Source: Desulfurococcales archaeon
GTDB lineage: Archaea > Thermoproteota > Thermoprotei_A > Sulfolobales > Desulfurococcaceae
Assembly: GCA_027022365.1 (NCBI GenBank)
Contig: JALVYU010000031.1
Span: forward strand, 384,001 to 448,000
Length of the DNA stretch: 64,000 nt
Reading direction: 5' to 3'
In this document: positions 59,396 to 64,000 of the stretch, piece by piece
How positions within the stretch are numbered: position 1 is the stretch's first letter
Layout: the number at the start of each line of letters is the position of its first letter
Translations under genes and position numbers: made by a program
Notes under the pieces: generated by a model
The model's input: the letters and a program-made list of their open reading frames with translations, nothing else
What the model was told of the DNA's origin: nothing
Database searches by the model: none

Positions 59396-59959
59396 TCAGA
59401 AATCCCAGGGTTCCATTGGGGGCGAGTAGTTGAACCTAAAGACTATGCAGCTATCATTGATTCTCTCGGCGGAGCAGTATATTTCGTCGTAGAAGTCGAG
59501 GATGGGGTATACCTCGTCGTGTGCGAAGATATATGTTTCCTCATCCCTAGCCTTTATCTCTATGTCCGTGACTATCAGCCTTTCGAAAGGCTTGATCATC
59601 CCGCTGATCTCTACGTCATCTGTATGCATGGAGAGTATCTTGTCTATTATCTCGTTTACCTCGGTATCGTATATGTGGCCGAAATAGTAGTCCCCGATCG
59701 TTATCCGCAGAAACGCTGTCAGGAGGGATAGCTCGTAGGGGGTGAGCCAGTGGAAGTGGAGCACGGTCTCCGCAGTGGTTTTCCTGAAGACTTTCTCCAG
59801 GTCCTGGAGTAGATCTCCCGGCACGTTTCTCCCTATCTTCTCCCGTACTACCTCGTACACGGTCTTGGATACTTTCTTCTTCATGACCCCCTTGATCTCG
59901 CTGACTGCTTCATCGTCGAGGAATGGCCCGGCAGAGACTAGTCCTGACACGGCATGCAC
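59396..59959 (-). CDS. Hypothetical protein
   Basis: 187-aa ORF with coding-like composition; no motif. Confidence 0.6.
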   Translation of the reverse strand: MHAVSGLVSAGPFLDDEAVSEIKGVMKKKVSKTVYEVVREKIGRNVPGDLLQDLEKVFRKTTAETVLHFHWLTPYELSLLTAFLRITIGDYYFGHIYDTEVNEIIDKILSMHTDDVEISGMIKPFERLIVTDIEIKARDEETYIFAHDEVYPILDFYDEIYCSAERINDSCIVFRFNYSPPMEPWDF

Positions 59960-60128
59960 CGAGAAACTAGTTATTGGTAATACACATTATATCTGTTATG
60001 TATTATTAAACAGTTTCTTTACACAATAAACGTTATCGGAGCTCCGATAACTTGTTGCTAGATCCTTATCAATGATACAGATAGCTGAACAAAAAATACA
60101 TAGGGGCGAGAAGCCCCAATGATAGATG

Positions 60129-62088
60129 CTATCGCCTCCGCCGAGCAACCAGTAATGTTATGATCAGCGTCGCCGATCCGGCTATGCCGATAACGATGAG
60201 TGGAGCGGGGAACCGGCTCGACATATGTGTCGTCGCTGCTACTGGAGAGCTACTCTGTGGGGGGCTACTCGTGGTGGGCCCGCTTATCGGCTGAGACATA
60301 GTTTTGCCGGCGGTGGACGTTGTGCTTTCCTGGCTGGTCGTTGATGTCTGTTTGCTAGCTGCTTGGGTCTCCGTACCTGTGCCGGGGTGTTTTGTGATCG
60401 TTGTCTCGGCTGGTTTTGGAGGCGTTATCTGCCCGCCATTGTTCAGCGTCGCTATTTCCTCTGCTCCAGTCTCTCCGGCTATCCTGTAGGCTGTAGCCTC
60501 GATTATTGCCTCGATGTTTTCCCTGTAGTTTTTGAGGGCTTTGACCGGGTCGTTGCCTGCTCCGATGCTGTATAGTGTCTTTATGAAACTGTTTGTAACC
60601 TCCGAGAAGAGGTTGTCAAGCGCGTCCGCCCTGTAGCCGGGATCCATGGCCTTGGGGTTTTGGAGCATCCATAGGTATGCTAGCCTATAATCGATCGCCA
60701 CGACTAGCGTGCTGTTGTTTCCTAGCTTGGCGGGCGGTAATGGTGCTGGTGGGGCGTTGCTGTACGTGATATTCGTGTCCGTGGTGTTGAGCTGCGGCGG
60801 CGTGGAAAGATCTAGTATGGCGTAGCTCACCCCATCCGGCTTCGGTGCATTGCCTAGGGCGTGGGCTGGGAGCGCTACCTGGAGGTCTCCGCCCGCAATG
60901 GGTAGGGGCGAGTCCTTGTAGACCCACATCAGCATTACTGTGGATCCGAGTGTATGGTCTGCCTGTATCTGGATGAACGCGTTGTTCTCTGCGATTATTT
61001 TCTGGAGGAGCAACGAGTCGTTTGTCTCGATGTATCTTGTCAGGGCTTCTTCTAGCTGGCTCTCCGTGTTATTGTATAGTTTTTCCTCGGGGCATACCTG
61101 GAGCGATGGATGGCCCGGGAACCACACATTTATAACTGGGCCTATAGCGCTAGCCTGCACCGGGTCTACTTTTACGGGCAGGCCTAAATAGGTTACGTTA
61201 TAAGTGGTTAAATATTCCTAGTCCGAGGGTTTTCTCAGCCAGCCCTATGATTGCCTCGGGGTTGCTTGAGTTCACTGCCTCCCTGGCTTGCTCGACGAGC
61301 GTGTCGAGGAGGCTCTTGTCCTGGATGATCCTGTCAATCCTCATGGTCACGTTCCTATAGGTTCCGTAAAGGATACCTGTTAGGTCGAGGCTCTCGTCCG
61401 CTAGTGAGAAGTACCCTAGGCTGCGCCACCCGCCCCTGTACCAGTAGTAGGCGTGCCAGTTACGCATGTTTATGAGGAACTCTGCCGTGATATTATACGT
61501 CGTTAGCGGCTGTTGTAGGTAGGCGTATGCTGCGTAGTATAGTCTCATCTCGAGCTCGAAGTAGGTCGTGTTGACGTACTTGTAGATAAACACCGTTTCC
61601 GCGGGACTCAGTACGAGCGGTGCTCCGCCGGAAACGTATTGTTTGATCGGATAGAGAACCTTCACGTCCACGAATAACGCGTGATCAGGGCTGCTGACAT
61701 ACTATGTCCTCACATCCTTGACCACTATGTTATCCGTCCTCGTGCTTCCCAGCACTTCTATCTGATAAGCTACCTCGTGTACGACGGTCCCATTGGGGAG
61801 GCTTAGATCAGAGCTGTAGGAGCCCGTGAAGCAGTGGAGCAGCGGCTCCACGGACTGGGCACTACCCGCTGCCCCGCCTGGGTTCACGCTCGGAACTCGA
61901 TGGTCTTCTGTGAGATAGTAGAGCATTGCCCCAACGTACTCGTTCTCCGTCGTGACGACTATATAGGGGCCCTGCCCTGCCTGGGCATATGCTGTGGTTG
62001 TGCCTGTTAAGGGGATGATTAGTCCTGCTACGAGGATAAGCACGGCTGTCAAGGCCAATATATTTAGGAGGATATGTATGAACAACAC
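60129..62088 (-). pseudogene. Secreted, C-terminally anchored surface (glyco)protein split into three ORFs
   Basis: Signal peptide, in-frame TAG at 61702-61704, frameshift near 61200-61220, Thr/Ser-rich linker, TM helix + RRRR. Confidence 0.75.
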
Positions 62089-62252
62089 CTCCAGCGTGCT
62101 CCGGTAGAACTAGTATGCGGCGCCAATAATATGTTTTTCCCACCAAGAAAGGGGCGGGGGAGGAGGAAAACCCTTAAAAACACTATCTAACACCAGGAAC
62201 ACCCGAGCAGAAGAGATCCTGTGGTCCACTCCTCCAAACAGGGTAAGCGCCC

Positions 62253-63266
62253 ATGGAGACGGCTGTGCCGGCACGCCATTACCAGCGGGTGGGAGTCCTC
62301 GCCGAGTGCATGGTGTGCGAGCGCGGCTGCAAGATACCGGTCGATGGCAGGGGGTATTGCCGGAACCGGGTGAACAGGGGTGGCAGGCTCTACTACATGT
62401 TCTACGGGTGCCTGAGCGCGCTGGAGCCGCGGCCTATAGAGGTTAAGCCTCTATATCACTACTATCCCGGCACGTACACGTTGACGTACTCTGGATACGG
62501 ATGCAATTTCCCCTGTCCATGGTGCCAGAACTGGGGGCTTAGCAAAACAGACCCCTCTACCATGCCCTACACCTACGTCTCACCGGAAGAGCTGGTGGAG
62601 AGAGCTGTCAGGGCTGGCTGTAGAGGCGTCTGCGCCAGCTTCAATGAGCCGACGATCCATCTAGAATACGTCTTAGACGTGACGGGGGAAGCGGTGAGGG
62701 AGAACCTCTACTCCTGCATAGTGACCAACGGATACATGAGCTTGGCGAGCCTCAAAGACATGCTGGAGGCGGGCATCACGGGCTACAGCATAGATATCAA
62801 GGGCTGCCCAGAAACCTACAGGAGATTCCTTGGGGCGGACCCAGAGATAGTTTATAGGAACGCCAAATACATCCTCAGCCGTGGAGGACACGTCGAGATG
62901 GTTTACCTAGTTGTGCCGGGAGCTAATGATTGGGGCGAGTGCGTGGACTACGTGCTCTCGAGGCACGCCGACCTCCTAGGAGAAGAGACGCCTCTCCACA
63001 TAAACAGATACTACCCCGCATACATGTACCGGGAACCCCCGACACCCGTTGAGAAGCTCCTCGAGATCAGGGATAAGGCCATGAGGGAATACAACATAAA
63101 ATACGTCTACGTCGGGAACACAAGTCTCCACGAGCTACAGGACACGGTCTGCCCGAGATGCGGTAAGAAGCTCATTGTAAGGAGGCCTGGATACGTAGAA
63201 GTGAAAACAACCAGTGATTACCGGTGCCCAAGGTGTGGGGAGAAGATCCCAGTATACTGTGGATGA
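62253..63266 (+). CDS. amrS: AmmeMemoRadiSam system radical SAM enzyme (PflA-like)
   Basis: CMVCERGC...GYC..R, PIEVKPLYHYYPG, GCNFPCPWCQN, FNEP, TNG, YVYVGN, CPRCG x2. Confidence 0.9.
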   Translation: METAVPARHYQRVGVLAECMVCERGCKIPVDGRGYCRNRVNRGGRLYYMFYGCLSALEPRPIEVKPLYHYYPGTYTLTYSGYGCNFPCPWCQNWGLSKTDPSTMPYTYVSPEELVERAVRAGCRGVCASFNEPTIHLEYVLDVTGEAVRENLYSCIVTNGYMSLASLKDMLEAGITGYSIDIKGCPETYRRFLGADPEIVYRNAKYILSRGGHVEMVYLVVPGANDWGECVDYVLSRHADLLGEETPLHINRYYPAYMYREPPTPVEKLLEIRDKAMREYNIKYVYVGNTSLHELQDTVCPRCGKKLIVRRPGYVEVKTTSDYRCPRCGEKIPVYCG

Positions 63267-63301
63267 AAGTGGATAGGAAAACCTGTATGTTTCGAATATA
63301 C

Positions 63302-64000
63302 CTAGCCGGCGAGGGATCTTATTATTTCCACTACTTTCACCGGATCCTCCCCCAGCACTCTGATCATGGGTTCTCTAGCATAGTCTCCATGATCATAGAT
63401 GATGTCCGGGACCCTCCCAGTCTCCTTTACGGCTTCGCCGAGGATCCATGGTATCGATGACCCCTCCACTTTCTTCACATCCATGGGCTCCACGCGCCTA
63501 TCCACATAACAGATGCTGTACCCCTTCTCCCTGGCTCTCTCCACCAGCCTCTCATCATACCTTATGTTCGCGGCCGCACGTATCCTCGGATCATATCTCT
63601 GAGCAGCCAGCACTAGTCTCGCCATATGGCTTGAGGCACCAAACCTTATCATGCCGTGAACAACTGGCCTGTTTATTCCCCTTGTTATTCTGCCCTCGAC
63701 CCCGGCGACGTCACGTACTGTGCGGGCGTAGAGGGCTGGGAGACTATAAACTATGTTTGTGCCGACCTCCGGTACCAGGTTGTTCGCTCCCGGTATCCCG
63801 AGGAACATCCTGACCGCTTCCTCGAGGAGCGATAATACCCTGTATTTCTCCGCAGGGATCCATATCCATGCCGCGGGGTTGACTGGCCCGTGGCCGCGGC
63901 CTATTGGTAGGCTGTACTTTATCGCTGTTGTTATGAATTCCTTGGCTTTCCCCACGGCTTCCACTAGGCCGTAGTTCTTGGCTAGTAGCGCCGTTATCGC
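63302..64000 (-). CDS. thiDN: Bifunctional ThiD kinase / ThiN thiamine-phosphate synthase, C-terminal part
   Basis: ThiD end AKEFIT.AI...IGRGHGPVNP, then ThiN PEVGTN...GRI...FGASSHMAR...EPMIRVLG. Confidence 0.9.
   Translation of the reverse strand, partial: AITALLAKNYGLVEAVGKAKEFITTAIKYSLPIGRGHGPVNPAAWIWIPAEKYRVLSLLEEAVRMFLGIPGANNLVPEVGTNIVYSLPALYARTVRDVAGVEGRITRGINRPVVHGMIRFGASSHMARLVLAAQRYDPRIRAAANIRYDERLVERAREKGYSICYVDRRVEPMDVKKVEGSSIPWILGEAVKETGRVPDIIYDHGDYAREPMIRVLGEDPVKVVEIIRSLAG

Overview
This window looks like hyperthermophilic archaeal DNA, most consistent with Thermoproteota/Desulfurococcales (inferred from gene families, GGTGA/GGAGG RBSs and crenarchaeal-type CRISPR repeats). Left to right: (1) an AT-richer defence island (1.8-14.2 kb) with a DpdJ/DrmA-like SF2 helicase, a DUF1998-PLD fusion, a convergent DUF1156-type DNA methyltransferase plus an orphan gene, a broken ABC/AAA ATPase-nuclease pair and two decayed vapBC modules; (2) alkA and a four-gene Roadblock/V4R-like cluster with a membrane-anchored member and no GTPase; (3) a complete CO-to-H2 cluster (cooF-cooS-cooC-cooT, group 4 [NiFe]-hydrogenase, Mrp/Mnh antiporter) preceded by a CorQ/CorR-like regulator pair whose CorR carries a degenerate radical-SAM fold; (4) a type III-A CRISPR module (csm2-3-4-5-cas10), csx1 and a Crn1-like ring nuclease; (5) two short arrays with ~50-nt spacers and near-identical inverted leaders enclosing cas6, csc1 and an in-frame Cas3'-Cas7(Csc2) chimera left from a type I-D locus; (6) a glycosyltransferase-methyltransferase-sulfotransferase operon joined directly to the last repeat of array 2; (7) an ABC-2 exporter, EamA transporter, a broken surface-protein gene, an AmmeMemoRadiSam radical SAM enzyme and thiDN. 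No cas1/2/4, cas10d, rRNA or intact tRNA was seen. All family calls come from motif recognition by eye, not database searches.
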